Below, piece by piece: positions 24,561 through 37,128 of a stretch of DNA of 64,000 nucleotides; positions within the stretch are counted from its first letter, which is position 1; every line of letters starts with the position of its first letter. Made by a program: the position numbers and the translations under genes. The notes below the pieces were generated by a model. The model did not search any database, was not told the origin of the DNA, and saw nothing but the letters and a program-made list of their open reading frames with translations. The stretch comes from Lama guanicoe (Eukaryota), in assembly GCA_013239625.1 (NCBI GenBank), contig MU053881.1, forward strand, positions 7,587,957 to 7,651,956, in the 5' to 3' direction.

Positions 24561-25076
24561 TACACACCACAGACTCCCCCCAGAAATGCTAATACCTAAC
24601 CAGGAGCTGAATCTTTCCCAGGAAGATGTGCATTTTAGTAAAAGACCATGTTCCCAGATGACTCAGGCCAATGCAATGGGACTTGGGTGGAAAGGTTAAT
24701 GTTTGGAAGGTGTTGGGCCTCCCAATCCAGTGAGATTCTCAGGGTGGTCTATAGACCTGTTGACATGTGGATCCTTATGTTCCTATTTCTTTGAAGTTCA
24801 CTTCTGGACAAAAAACCCTGGGAACAATGAAGAACTGGGCTCCTGCATGGAGCTGAGAGGGTGTGCCTGGAGGGGCAAGGAGAGCTGTGTTCTGTGATTC
24901 TGCAATTTCATGAGCTTCCCGATTATTGTTTTTACTCATATCAGGAGGGGAAAACAAAATCTGTAAATGGTTATAAGCCGGGGGGAAAAAAAAAAGAGCT
25001 AGCTTGCAAAAGGGCCTGGCCAGGGCTTTTATCAGATTGAGAACCCTGGATGGACAGGTTCCCACGTGAACAATCC

Positions 25077-25320
25077 TCAAAGGGTCCCTTGGTGTGGCAG
25101 ACCCTCCAGCTCGGGCCCGCGTGGGCTGCAGAGGCCGGGGGCTTGGGCCCCAAAGGTGAAGTTCGCTGTCCGACACGCGTAAGCTGAGGCATCAGGGAGC
25201 TCCAGCTCGTTGGCGTTCACCAGCTTGGCCTCGTCCAAGGTGACCTTGTGCCAGTGTGTTCCATCCGGCCCAAAGTGCTTGGTGGTTTATGCAGCCCTCC
25301 GAGGGAATTCTTTGGCCTGC
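25077..25320 (-). pseudogene. Coding-like exon with premature stop; unidentified, possibly an Ig-superfamily-like relic
   Basis: Branch point ctctaac, tract tttccttttcag acceptor at 25321/25320; 13 CpGs in 25112-25301; frame QAKEFPRRAA*TTKHFGPDGTHWHKVTLDEAKLVNANELELPDASAYACRTANFTFG...GTL* with strong G/C bias at third codon positions. Confidence 0.4.
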
Positions 25321-26147
25321 CTGAAAAGGAAATCAATTGTTAGAGGGCTAGGCTTCTGGCCAGGAGATTTCTTTTACTCTTTAAGATAGGTAGACTGAAG
25401 CCGGGATAATAGCTGCAGTAATATTAATAGCACCCAGCTCTCTTTCACATGCATTCACCCGGGGGCAAAAAGAAGTTTGCTAAAGCCTGCGCTGAAGTGC
25501 TGGGCCTGTTGCTTTGTCCCAGGATGCACCGCGTTATCAGTCAGCTCGGCTTCCTTTCCATGCTTGCTCTGCACCTTGAGTCAGTAGGACAAGATGAATA
25601 TGACCCAGAAGCCCTGTCCTTACTCCTGTCCTGTCCCTGACAGAAGGCATGAGTCATTCACTGCAGAACCAAAACTCAAAGGCCGCAAACCCATTCTAAC
25701 ATTTTTCAGAGGTGAAAAAAGAAGGAAGATTCTAGTGAATACTTATGGATCTGCTTTCTCACCTATGACTAGAAAAAAAGGCAGTTGGGTTGAGGAAAAA
25801 GGAGGGAGACCCAACAGTGTGAGACTGATGAATGTAACAGACTCCATCCACCAGCAGATCCAAACGGCAGCTGACGGCACCCACTTGTCTCCGTCACCGC
25901 CAGCCAGTGAGGATGACCACCCATCAGCCAGACTGCCCCGAATGACCACGTAATGACTGTCTGGGCTTAAGACTTTGCCCGAACCCCACCCAACCACCCC
26001 ATGCACACAACCCTCATTTAATGGCCCATGATCCTTACGCATCCTTTAGTGCCTTCCCAGAGGCCATGGATTGGCATGAGAGGGAAGCCCCTGCATCTCA
26101 CCAAGGTGGAACTAGGTAGAACCAAACCTAAAATTCATTTTTTCCCT

Positions 26148-27265
26148 GGTTTTATAGAGAAATAATTGGCATACATCACTGTATAAGTTTAAGGTGCACG
26201 GTATGACTGGTTACATGTATTGTAAAATGATTATGACAATAGGTTTAGTTAACATACATCAACTCATATAGATACAATAAAAAGGAAAGAAAAGTGTTCT
26301 CCTTGTGATGAGAACTCAGGATCTACTCCCTTTGCAACTCTGTTAGGTGTGTCATATAGCAACGTTAACTGTAGTCATCATGTTCTACATTACATCCCTA
26401 GTACTTATTTATCTTAAACTGGAAGTTTGTGCCTTTTGACTACCTTCCTCTAGTTGCCCCTCCCCTCAGCCCCTACCTGTGGTAACCACAAATCTGTTTT
26501 TCTTTTTTGTTGTTAGGTTCCACATGTAAGCACAATCATACAGTATTGTCTTTGTCTGACTTATTTCACTTAGTGTAATATCTTCAAGGTCCATCCATAT
26601 TGTTACAAACGGTAGGAGTTCCTCTTCTTTATGGCTGAATAATATTCCATTGTGTATATATGTGTGTGTATATATATACATATATATATATGTATTTCAC
26701 AACTTCCTTTTATTGAAATGTAGTTGATTTACAGTGTTGCATTAGTTTCACACATACAGCGTAGTGATTCAGGGTTTTTTGGGGTTTTTTTGCAGATTAT
26801 GTTCCATTATAGGTTGTTACAAGACATTGGATATATACTATAACTTTTTTATCCATTCACCCACTGATGTACATTTAGGTTGTTTCCATGTCTTGGCTAT
26901 TGTAAATAGTCCTGCTAGGAACATGAAAGTGCAGATATCTTTTTGAGTTAGTGTTTTTGTTTCCTTTGGGTGTATTGCCAGAAGTGGAATTGCTAGATCA
27001 TATTTTTGAATTTTTGTGGAACCTCCATAATGTTTTCCACAGTGGTTGTACCAATTTACAGTCTCACCAACAGTGCACAAAGGTTCTCTTTTCTCCACAT
27101 CCAGCATTTGTTACCCCTTGTCTTTTGGTGATGGCCATTCTAACAGACATGTGGTAACAGCTCATTGTGGTTTTAATTTGCATTTCCCTAATGACTAGTG
27201 ATATTGAGCATCTTTCCATGTACCTATTGACTTGTTGTATATCTTCTTTGGAAAAGTCTCTACTC
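26148..27265 (-). mobile_element. L1 (L1MA9/laurasiatherian-type) 3' UTR and ORF2 C-terminus, 5'-truncated
   Basis: ORF2 peptide [46 protein letters not shown] (26838-27107). Confidence 0.92.
26708..26837 (-). mobile_element. Short L1 3' end nested in the preceding L1
   Basis: ttttattgaaatgtagttgatttacagtgttg...ttacaagacattgg, flanked by a degenerate repeat cacaacttccttt / tataactttttt. Confidence 0.75.
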
Positions 27266-27529
27266 CAAACTTAGAATTCTTATTGAATCTGGGGCAGAAG
27301 TGGAACTCACAGTCAGGTGTGTCTGTCCCCTTTGTTATCTTCCCTGTCTCAGTGGAGTAGTTGGAAGAGTTCCAAGCAGGGTATAGAAACCTTGGGTTGG
27401 GTGCTGACTCACAAGGAACCAATCTGGGCCTTGAGGCAAGTCCTTCCAGCTTCCTCACTGAGTATCGGCTGCTTCAAGTAAAAATGTCAGGCCAAGTGAC
27501 TTCCATCAGGTCTGCAGTTAAATCACCTC

Positions 27530-27654
27530 CTGTCCCACATCTTAGCATATGACCTTGGGCAAGCTGACCTTTTCCTCTTTGAACCTCAGTTCCTCATGTA
27601 TACGTTGGGGATTGAAATACTTAGTTCAGAGAATAAAGTAATAGATACATAAAA
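27530..27654 (+). mobile_element. MIR SINE
   Basis: atgaccttgggcaagctgacc...tttgaacctcagttcctcatgtata. Confidence 0.8.
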
Positions 27655-27806
27655 CAGTCATTTTCAACCCTGAATGCATATTAGAATTATCTGGGGGACT
27701 TTAAAAAATACTGATGCCCCAGTCCCACCTCCAAAAATATAATTTAATTGGTCTGCAGGGTTGCTTCCAGGTCATTCTAATATGCAGCCAAAACTGAGAA
27801 CGCCTA
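27655..27806. mobile_element. MER5A-type hAT MITE
   Basis: cagtcattttcaaccctgaatgcatattagaattatctgg...aggtcattctaatatgcagccaaaactgagaac. Confidence 0.8.
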
Positions 27807-28549
27807 GTATAAAAGGGATAGCACTTTTTCTGCCCCCTAAATATGCATTTGATAAATGGCAGTTCTTTGACAATGCCTCCCCAAGAAGGTTCCCCATGAT
27901 GGAGACTTCCAGCTAGGTGAAAAAATCTTTGTTTTTTTGCAGCAACTAATATTGTATCAAGGCAAATGTAGCCACATTTGTCCATGGCAGAGGGGCTCTG
28001 ATACAATCTTATATGTTCAAATCCTTTAAAAAAAAAAAAAGCAATACTTTTTTTGATGTAGAAAATTTGGAAACTAGAGAAAATTAACAATTCCATCACT
28101 GAAGGCCAACAACCGTTAACAATATGTTCCTTCTCTTTTCTTTTTCCCCATCATGCTTAAATTCAACTATTTAATCAACAAGTATTCATTACTATTTATT
28201 TCTACCGTGTACCAAGCACTGTTTTAGGTGCTAAACTAGTGAACAAATCAAACTAGAATGTAATTTTACATTTTACTTTTCCCACTGGACACTTTATTTT
28301 GAGTATGTTTTCCCAACTTATTGAATATTCTTCCAAAGCCATGGTTTTTAGAGACTAGATCATAATCCATTTCATGTTTATACCATGAATATCATTGCTA
28401 TTGGATATTTGGATGATTTCTTATGACTGTTCAGATCTTGAATGTAAAATTTAAGACTTTTAAATGCAGACATTTTAAAACATTATTCCTGTGTCTCAGC
28501 TGGTTTTCTCCTTCTGCCTTCTGCTGAAGTAGGGGTAAAACAGCCATTT

Positions 28550-28815
28550 CCAACGAAGCACACCTTCCCCGGCATCCACAGAGCTCCCTCCCTCGTTGCC
28601 TTCAGATTTCCGCTCAAGTTTCTCGTGAGACCTCTCCCTGGGACTCCCCATCCACATCTCTGCTTTATTTAACTCTGTAGTGCTTGTGTCATAACTGAGT
28701 ATTTTATTTTTTGAATGTTGCTTATTATTGGTACTTTATCTCCTTGAATGTAAAACAAGAACAGAGATTCCTTGGTTCTGTTTACCTGGACTGGGGTTGT
28801 GCTGCATGAATAAGC
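28550..28815 (+). mobile_element. L2 LINE 3' fragment
   Basis: ccctcgttgccttcagatttccgctcaag...gaatgtaaaacaagaacagagattccttgg. Confidence 0.55.
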
Positions 28816-29479
28816 AGCGTTCATCACAGACCATTCCCAGCAGAGATGGGAAGGAGGGGACATACACTGCTGGAGGACCTGGGAGAAGGCCTGGCGCCCA
28901 ATTTCAGAATAAGGTGTAAGAGCAGACTCTCTTCTATGGCTGCAGTCCTCTCACCAAGCTTGTCCTGGGACACAGAATCAGAAGCAGCTGCCCTCTAACG
29001 CCTTGTTCTGGGCAGCTGAGAGCTGATTCTTCTGCATCAGCTTTGGAGCCTCTCTTTCTTCAGAAAGTTTGACCCTGAGGTTGTCCACCATGACTGGTCC
29101 AGCACAGCATCCATGGTTATAAGTAACTCCCAAGAACTAAATGGCCCTGGGCAGACACAAAGGCCTGGGCTCAAGATGTCACCTGTTTGCAGGAAATGTT
29201 TGCGATCCCTGGGAAGGGTGCCAGATGCCTGTAGCCCAGGTGAAAGGATGACTTGTGTTTCCTGTGCCTAAGTCCAGCCTCCTTGGGGAGCCCTGTGTTA
29301 TTCATGCTCAGCATGGCAGACAGATCAATGAAATCCATTCTCAATCCCTAAGCCTTGTTAAGCTGTAGCTATGGCCCAGCCTAGGACTGAGGCATTGAGT
29401 GAAATGGTCTAAGGACAGATAAAGAGCAGGGAAGGTAACCAGTGGTTATGATGTGTCTGCCAGAGCCAAGATCTGATTT

Positions 29480-30470
29480 ATTTGTTTATTATTTGTTTGT
29501 AAAATATAACTCAAGTAAATAATGTACTTACATGGTTTTAAAAAAATCAAATGATGTAAAGGACTTAGAGTTGAAAGTCTCCCTTCCCTGGCTGTAAATC
29601 AGCACCCTAGTCTCCTTGCTTTCTCCACCCAAAGGCAACCACTCTTAACAGCTTTTTGTACATTCTTTTCAGAAATGTGTGTGCATGTGTGCACATTTAT
29701 GCAGATGGCAGCGTACTACATCTAATGTTTTGCGCCTTGCTTCCTTTCTTAATGTACATTAGCCAAAGTTCCATAACAGATCAAGTATACTTAATTTTTA
29801 AGTGCTTCTTCATAATCTATGACTTGACTGAACTATAATTCATTAAATCAACTCTCTATTTGATGGAGTTAGATGTTTTCAATTTCTGCTATTACAGAAA
29901 TTGCCACAGATTATATATGCTAATAAACTTTTTTCCTGATTAGTAAGAAATGTTTGCTTATCTATAGAGAGAACTAAAGAAATAGAGAAAAATAAAGACA
30001 GTAACATTCATCTAGAGTTAGCCATCATTGATACTCCACTACACTTCCTTTGTCTTTCTTCTTTGTATTTTGTTTTTATATTAATTTGTACAATACAATA
30101 TTTTATCTTCACTTAATTTTTACTTAATATCCACAAGTCCCCATGTTATTAAACACTCTTCAAAAGCAAGATTTTAAAGCATTAGAGAATTAGCCATCAT
30201 ATAGCTGTACTTTTATTTATTTAACCATTACCTTGCTGTTGGACAATCTGGTTGTTTGATTTTTTTTGTTTGTATGTATTGTGAGTGCTTCAGCATACAC
30301 TTTTGTTCATTATCTTGGTCTAAGTTTCTACTTCCTAAGAGAAGGTTATGTGCAGAAGAGAATGAATTTCCCTTTAGACCCTTAACACACAATTTTACCT
30401 TGCTTTCTAGAGAATCTGTGTCAATTTGAACTGCTGCCAGGATGCCTGTGAGTGTCCACCTCACCTAACT
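29480..30470 (-). mobile_element. Old L1ME 3' fragments
   Basis: ggcaaccactcttaacag, ttgatggagttagatgttttcaatttctgctattaca, ttgctgttggacaatctggttgtttg. Confidence 0.65.
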
Positions 30471-30480
30471 CGTGCCAGCT

Positions 30481-30845
30481 TGTGTGGCAGTTACTAGGGC
30501 TGCTCGCAAACAGGTCCATTCTCCTCCTCCCAGGCATAATGTCCAATTGCACTTCGCTACTGCCCTAAAGTTAGAAGTGACTGTGTGACTTGCTTTGGTC
30601 ACTGAAATGCAAGTGGAATTGACATGTGTCACTTCCAGATAGATGCTTACAATGCAGTGTGAAATCACTGTTTTTCCTCTTTGCAGTGGCAACATTCTGG
30701 ATGGTGGAGGTATGACTATCTGCCTATGTCTCTGAGGAGGAGATGTGGAGCAAAGTGTCCAGCCAGTGCTCAGTGGATACATCACAGGCAAGAGAAATAA
30801 ACCTTTGGTTTTAAAAGACACTAAAATTGGGGAGATTTGAGAGGG
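30481..30845 (+). mobile_element. MLT1J/K-like (MaLR) solo LTR
   Basis: gtgtgacttgctttggtcactgaaatgcaagtggaa...tgtgtcacttcc...caagagaaataaacctttggttttaaaagacact. Confidence 0.8.
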
Positions 30846-31054
30846 TTTGTGAGAACTAAGCCTTAATGCCCTAAGGCATCTGTTGTATTTAATGCATTCT
30901 TTTGTCTCCTGTGCTTCTAAATAGTTCTAGTTATGTACCATCCAAGGGAGAATTGAGAAAATTGTCACTCAGTCAGAATAATTCCGCCTACCCTTGTTGC
31001 TATAGAAATTGTCTCTGGAAATCAACTCTGAGCCGATCACCATGTGATATTTTC

Positions 31055-31383
31055 TCGGACATAGGAATTGATTCAAGAATGGGCAGATGACTCAGTCTGG
31101 GCTCATGAAATGTGTTAAGTTTGCTGGGTGCATCTGGAAAAGAGTATTCTTTTCTGACTGAGATACCAGAAGGCGACTCTTCTTCCTTCTGAATACGGTC
31201 ACCTCTGGATGTGAGTCCTAAGACTGTGGCAGCCTTCCCATAACAGGCCATCATGTGGACGAAGGTGAGACCCAGAGCCACAGAGCTGCCCAGGCCCCGC
31301 TTGATCACTGCCGCACCTCTGGACTTGTTTGGTTACACTGGTGAGCCTTCAATTACTTGCAGCCTAACATGTGCCAAGTGATA
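31055..31383 (+). mobile_element. Old MaLR LTR (MLT1K/L-like)
   Basis: gattcaagaatgggcagatgactcagtctgg...cacctctggactt...ttacttgcagcctaacat...gtgata. Confidence 0.6.
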
Positions 31384-31834
31384 TTTTTAACAGCATTGCT
31401 TTAAGTGTGGCTTCTCTCAGTCACCCCTTTTCCTACTCTGCTGCCCATTTCCAGCCCCAGGTGACAATAAGAGCAGGGCGGCCTGCTCCCTGCCTCTCCG
31501 CCTGCCTTCCTCTCCTCACTTGTTCCATCCTGTTTTGGCAAACCTCCTATCCCAGTGACCTTGAGAGAAGAGGAGGCTTCATCAGTAGTTCCGTGAATTT
31601 AGCTCTGCTCCCTCATCGCTCCTGAGCCTCGCACACAGCTCAGCCCTGCCGTGGAGAACCCAGTGCGGAACCCAGTGCCTTTTCCAGAAAAATTGCTCTT
31701 TGGGTACTTCTTGGTTTACTTGACAAGTTCAGAGTCATGAACGTTTTTAAGTAGAGTACAGAGAGCTCCACTAGAATAGTTTGCCCCTAGGATGCAGAGA
31801 TTGAGAAAGTGGGCTGGTACGTACTCAGTGGAGA

Positions 31835-32338
31835 GAAGTAAAAGACAGCCGTCTTCTTTCAGACCCGTTGACCCAGGCTCTGCTCATTTCTCCCCTGGCC
31901 TGTGCTTCGGAGACTGGCCTCTGCAGACTGCAGCCCGCAGGCCCTCTTGCCTTCTGGCTTCCAGACTGGTTGGGCCAAAGGGAGGCAAGGAAATTAAAGG
32001 GAGAGGCTGTGATGTAGGGATATCCTTCTCTCCTCCCTCCGTTTCTCACTGGAGTTCTGGCAAGGTTGGTATTTCTTGAGGACCACAGCTCCTGCCAAGG
32101 GTCCTTCTTCCACAGCCCTCTCTTCCGGTGGGATCTGGTAACTCTTTTCATTTCTTCACTCCTGCAGGCCAGGGGTGGTCATGGCTCCCCAGTGTTGATA
32201 TTTCTAGTCTGGGTGCTTCATCAGACCTTATGTATTGCCCCCAAACTCTGTCTATGCCTCCATAAGTAGAATAATTGAACTCCGTCAGTTAAAACGTTTG
32301 AATCTGCATCTGTTTCCTACCATGATCTGACAGTTACA
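31835..32338 (+). mobile_element. LTR33 (ERVL) solo LTR
   Basis: ctcttgccttctggcttccagactggttgggccaaagggaggca...aggccaggggtggtcatggctcccc...catctgtttcctaccatgatctgacagttaca. Confidence 0.8.
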
Positions 32339-32339
32339 A

Positions 32340-32560
32340 CCATGAACATTTATTGTGCTCTTACTGTGTACCAGGCGTGGGTGTGACACCTGTCATTTAT
32401 TGCCTAGTGTAACCTTTCCATGGTTTTATTCCTGTTCTACAGACGGTGAAACTGAGACTCAAGGAGTTTAAGTAGCCTGCCTTAAAAAAGTAACCCTACT
32501 ACACTGACAGGAAAAGGTGAAGCAGGGTTGAGACTATGTCATTCTGACTCCAAGTTTTGT
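32340..32560 (-). mobile_element. MIR SINE
   Basis: aacatttattgtgctcttactgtgtaccaggc...tacagacggtgaaactgagactcaaggagtttaagtagcctgcc. Confidence 0.8.
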
Positions 32561-32611
32561 CATCCTCTGCTCCCCTTCACAGTCCCCACTCATCCCATTG
32601 GACAGCAGGAG

Positions 32612-32928
32612 CAGGAGTCACAAGCTGATGCCTTTCAGATAGGGCCTGACAGAGACTTTAGTTTAATTTGTTCCAGGTTTTAAAAACTGGAGAACTTCGC
32701 AGAAATCTGGATTCCTGGGTTCTACTGACAAACCGGATTGGAAGGAGTAAAATTGCATTGTTGTGTGGGAATATTGTCTGAAACCAAAAAAGCAGCTTTC
32801 TCCTTTAGGTGGTGAATGAGATTTCTAGTTTCTGCAGCCCCCATCACTTCCTGTTGTCTTGCAGCTCAATTACTCTGCTCATGTGTCTTACCATCCAGCC
32901 TCTAGAGGCATTGAGTTGTGTATCCTGA
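32612..32928. mobile_element. MER102-like hAT element
   Basis: caggagtcacaagctgatgcct...agaaatctggattcctgg...ggcattgagttgtgtatcctg. Confidence 0.5.
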
Positions 32929-32974
32929 TCTTGAATCTCACGGTGATTCAATGCTTTAGCCAGGCAAAGAACAC

Positions 32975-33100
32975 CTTACTAGAATGTAAGCTTCTTGAAG
33001 GCAGGAATTGCTGTCTATTTTCTTAACTGTATCTCTAGGTCTTAGAATGGTGCCCAGTGGGCTCTAGACTTGCAATAAGTATTTGTGAATGAATGAATGA
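32975..33100 (+). mobile_element. L2 LINE 3' end
   Basis: actagaatgtaagcttcttgaaggcagga...ctgtatctctagg...aataagtatttgtgaatgaatgaatga. Confidence 0.85.
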
Positions 33101-34039
33101 TGTCTTTGTGTGGCTCAGGTGTTTTGAGGCTGGTGGCTTGCTAAAAGTGTTGGGTGGATCTGCCGTCCTGTGGGAGGCTCTCAGTAGCAACAGTAGGCAA
33201 GAAAATTCCTCTGATTGAGAAATATATGCAGCATCATCCCATACCGCATCTCTTTCCTTGTCTGGTCTCATACCATAGAGGTTCCAGCTCTTCCCCTTGC
33301 TGAACTTGGGGATACCCTGAATGTTGCAGACTCCACTTCTCTTACTTTCCATTTCCTGCCCACTGGAACGTTCTACCCCATCACCCTGAGGCCCCTGCAA
33401 GTATAGCCCATAAGGTGCCTGGATCATGGACAGTTTTCAGCATCTCTTAAGATTCTTCTCACCCTCCTTAGTGAGATTCTACCATCCAGGATACCTGCTT
33501 TGCATTCAGCATTTCAGATGCCTTGGGTGGGTTCTTGGCAAAGAAAGAGCATTTGGGCCTAGATGAAAGATGTTAGGAATAACTGGGTTTAAAAATCATT
33601 GGCTTGGACTGCTGCCTTCATGGAGATGGGATCTGTTGGTCCAGAGAAAGGAACAAAGGAAATCTTTGGAGACTTTCTCCTCCTCTGCTTGGATCCCTTT
33701 GGAGCCTAGAAGGGGTGAATGCCATCCTCCTGGCTCTGCTCTGACTTTGCCATAGGGGAGTCAGACATGTTGGAGCAGCGGATGCTCTATCTCACCTATA
33801 CAGTGTGACTTGCACAAAACGTCTTCCTTGCCCTGTAGGGGGGTTGCTCATTCCTCTGCATCTGCTGGTGGAAGCAAGTTTTGCTGCAATAATATAATGG
33901 CAACTTTCTGTCAACGATACAGAGCTTTGTTGGGGAGGAAGTGAGCCCCCTGTCACTGGAGGTTTGCAGATCTGCATTATCAGTGAATGGTGAATGGAGT
34001 TGGAGTTTTCCAGAATGGCAGCTCTCCACAAGCACATGC

Positions 34040-34200
34040 TATATGTTTGGCACAGAGCTAACTGCATTATCTGTTCTCTTATTTCATTCTGTCTATTCTA
34101 TAGAGAAGCTGAGGCTCAGAGAGTTTCAATGACTTGCTCAAAGTCACATAAACAATAAGTAGGTGAGTCAGAATTTGAACCCAGAACTCCAAAGTTTCCT
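34040..34200 (-). mobile_element. MIR SINE
   Basis: gaagctgaggctcagagagtttcaatgacttgctcaaagtcaca...gaatttgaacccag. Confidence 0.85.
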
Positions 34201-36599
34201 GCTCTTGGTGACAGTATTTGCTATAGACAAGATGGAAAGACCATCTGGGAAGAGACGCAGTGTGCTCAAGACAAAGGCATGAAAGAACAGGACATTGAGG
34301 GAAGTGGGGGGATTCAGCTAGAGAGCAGATTGTGGCCGGCACCAGGGGTACCTGTCATGGGGAGAGGAGCCTTTTTTTTTTTCATGTTTAGATACCTTTT
34401 ATTATATTTTTAGAAATGTGAGGAACAAATACATAAGCTGTTTTGGGTATTGCAGTAAAGAAGCTGAAAGATTTTAAGATCTGGACAATGAATAAAGAGC
34501 TCGCGTTCACTTAGCATTTTCACCACTTAATCCTTAAATCTTCCTTTGCCCGCCCACACTCTGCATCCAGGGCCAAAGAGGCCTTGGCTCTTCTTACCCA
34601 GAAACTGGATCTGCTCCTGTGGTGAGCCACAGCTCCCCGGAGCCTGGCCTCTGATGAGGGTTAGTGACGTCATGTTCGACAGGCGGTTCAGTTGGAGAAT
34701 TCCCCAAGGACCTTACAATCAATACGTCTCTTGCCCCCGTTGCCTTCCAAGTCAGGAAATATATCCATTCTCTGAGTTTTTTAATGCAGCTCTAATAGTT
34801 CAGCTTGCCTCCAAACTTGACATCCCTCGTCTGCCCCACATCCCCCACCCCATTTCATCAAAGCCCAGCTCAAGTGTGATGAACTTTAGATCATTTCAGA
34901 AATAGAATTGCCCAGAGTTGGAATAGCCTTTTTTTCCATTTGTCCTCTGTGGCTTCTTCAGTAACTGCAGAAGAGAGATGGGGCTCCAGAGTAAACACCT
35001 TCTCCCCACCTCTTTTTAACGATAGCAGATGCTCTTTTATCTGTTTCACATTTTGAGCTTCTACAGGTAAGTATTTTTGAACTGCGACTGAAAAAAATTC
35101 AAAACCTCCTTCCTTACAGAGCGTCTCACAGAGGTGGTAGCAGTGCTTGGGAAACTGTCTGATTGTACCACATTCCTCAGTCTTCATTCTCCTCCTGTTC
35201 TCCCCTTTCTGGGCAAAGCTATATGAGACGCATATGGCAGGGCAAATGGGAGCCATAATGTGAGCTCATGGAAGGAGCATGAATAATCATCACTTCTCAG
35301 CCCCACTTTCATTATTGAAAAGGTGGATGGAGGAGAATTATCGTGCATCTCATTAAATCAATATTTTATTTCCTTGCTGCCTCCCAGCTACCCTTCCAGC
35401 TTTGATCTCTTTGTCTCTGGCCCAAAGCTGGACAGGTGACTTTCATGATGCAAATCAAGATCACTTGGCTCTCTGCCCAGGCTTTGATCTCCTACCTAAG
35501 GAGAAGGCTGATAGGAAATGCCGTGCACCCTGGTCCTGCTTACCCACTGCTTCTCTGTAACCGTGGGCAAGATGGGGGCCTGTGGAAAGGTTTCCCTTCT
35601 TGGTCTGCAGAAAAGTAATGTGACTCATAGCAGTAATCATTAAACTATCTGAATTATAATAATTTACACTATATAAGGCATTGGAGGGGCTGGGGAGAAA
35701 AGGGCATCCTTTTGAAAAGATTTTATCTATTTACTTATTTTTACTCAAAGGTAGGTTTAGAAGCTGAGTTTAAAGCAAGGCTACGAGCATTGAGAAATAA
35801 TAGATTTTCCCACCTGTCTTGTACTGGGGGCTTCTTTTATTGAATCTGATAAAAGCTGTGCAGCCTCCCCCATTCCCTAAATGTCTGCATTTCTGATGGC
35901 CCGTCTTATTCTATCTGCCATTGATGCGTAGCCATGAGTCTGAAGTAAGGAAGAAGGACATGACATAGAGGAGGCGGGAGGTCTGGAACCACCTTTCCCT
36001 AAGGGAAGTGCAGGTTGATCAAGAAGAGAAGGTAAAAGCATTTCTGAACCTTTTCAGTCCTGGTGTTGTGGGAAGAAACAGAGATTTAGGGAGGAGAGCA
36101 AAGACAAGACATGAATTTTGCCATCTCTTGATGACTAAGAATTTGATGGTTAATGCTTGGGTGGTGAGGATTTGATTCTATCTTAACTTCACATTTTAGA
36201 ACCTGTGAGTAGATCCATTTGCCTTCATGAACTTAAAACAATTTAGATTAATGAACACAAATTTCCACATCGTCTTCATATTTCTCATTATATCACAGAG
36301 TTGTGAAAACGTTGTTAGCACAAGTATTTATCCATGGACTAGCTTCTGGAAACCGCTGTCCTAACCTATCACTGGTTATCTATTTTAGTCGCTTTCCATT
36401 TGGATTTTACTTTGTTTGATTAGATCATAAGGAAAAGAGATTTCTTCAAGTTGCTTCAGATAAAAGAATGTTATTTTGAAGATAAATGTGGCTCTGCTGA
36501 GGACTGTAAATCACAGACACCAGTGCACTGCTGGGAGACAATATCTCTCTTGGACAATGTACCTCCATCCATCCATCTGCTCTCTTCCTTATGAACCTG

Positions 36600-37128
36600 C
36601 TCTGGTTATCTGCTGCTGTACGACAATCCACTCCAAAACGAAGTGGCTCAATGACAGTTACCATTATGTCTCATCGTTCTATGAGTTGTCCATACCCTAC
36701 AGTTCTCACCAGAGATGTTTCATGTAATTGCAGTGAGATGTCAGCTGGAGCCACAGTGGCCTAAAGGCTCAACTGGGCTGGACTTCCAAAGTGGATCACT
36801 CACATGGTGGCACCTGATGCTAGCTGCTGATACTAGCAGTTCAGCTGAGGCTGTTGACTAGAATAACTAGATGTGGCCTCCACGTGTGCTTTGGATTTCT
36901 CTTTGCACAGCATCTGGGTTCTCTAATGGCACTTCAAGAGTCAGCATTCCAGCAGACCCAGATGGAACTTGCAAGGCCTCTAACGGCCTATCCTTAGAAA
37001 CCACACTCTGTCACTTCCACCATGTTTGACTGGTTGTTGGGTCAAGCCAGATTTGAGGGGAGAAGACTACAAAAGAGCATGAATACCAAGATGGCTGGTT
37101 GACTGGACCACTTAATTTGCTTACCAGT
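36600..37128 (-). mobile_element. MLT1H-like (MaLR) solo LTR
   Basis: ggttatctgctgctgtacgacaatccactccaaaacgaagtggct...aaggctcaactgggctggacttccaa...tgtcacttccaccatgttt. Confidence 0.8.

Noticed and set aside
25145..25185. YAC...FTFG resembling a rearranged Ig/TCR V-J junction
   Set aside because: No FGxG motif, no J-segment donor, no recombination signal sequences and no first V-domain cysteine context
25200..25290. Resemblance of HFG..HWHKVTLDEAKLVN to the T-box segment GAHWM..VSF.KLKLTN
   Set aside because: Lacks the HPDSP motif, spacing differs and no other T-box exons were found
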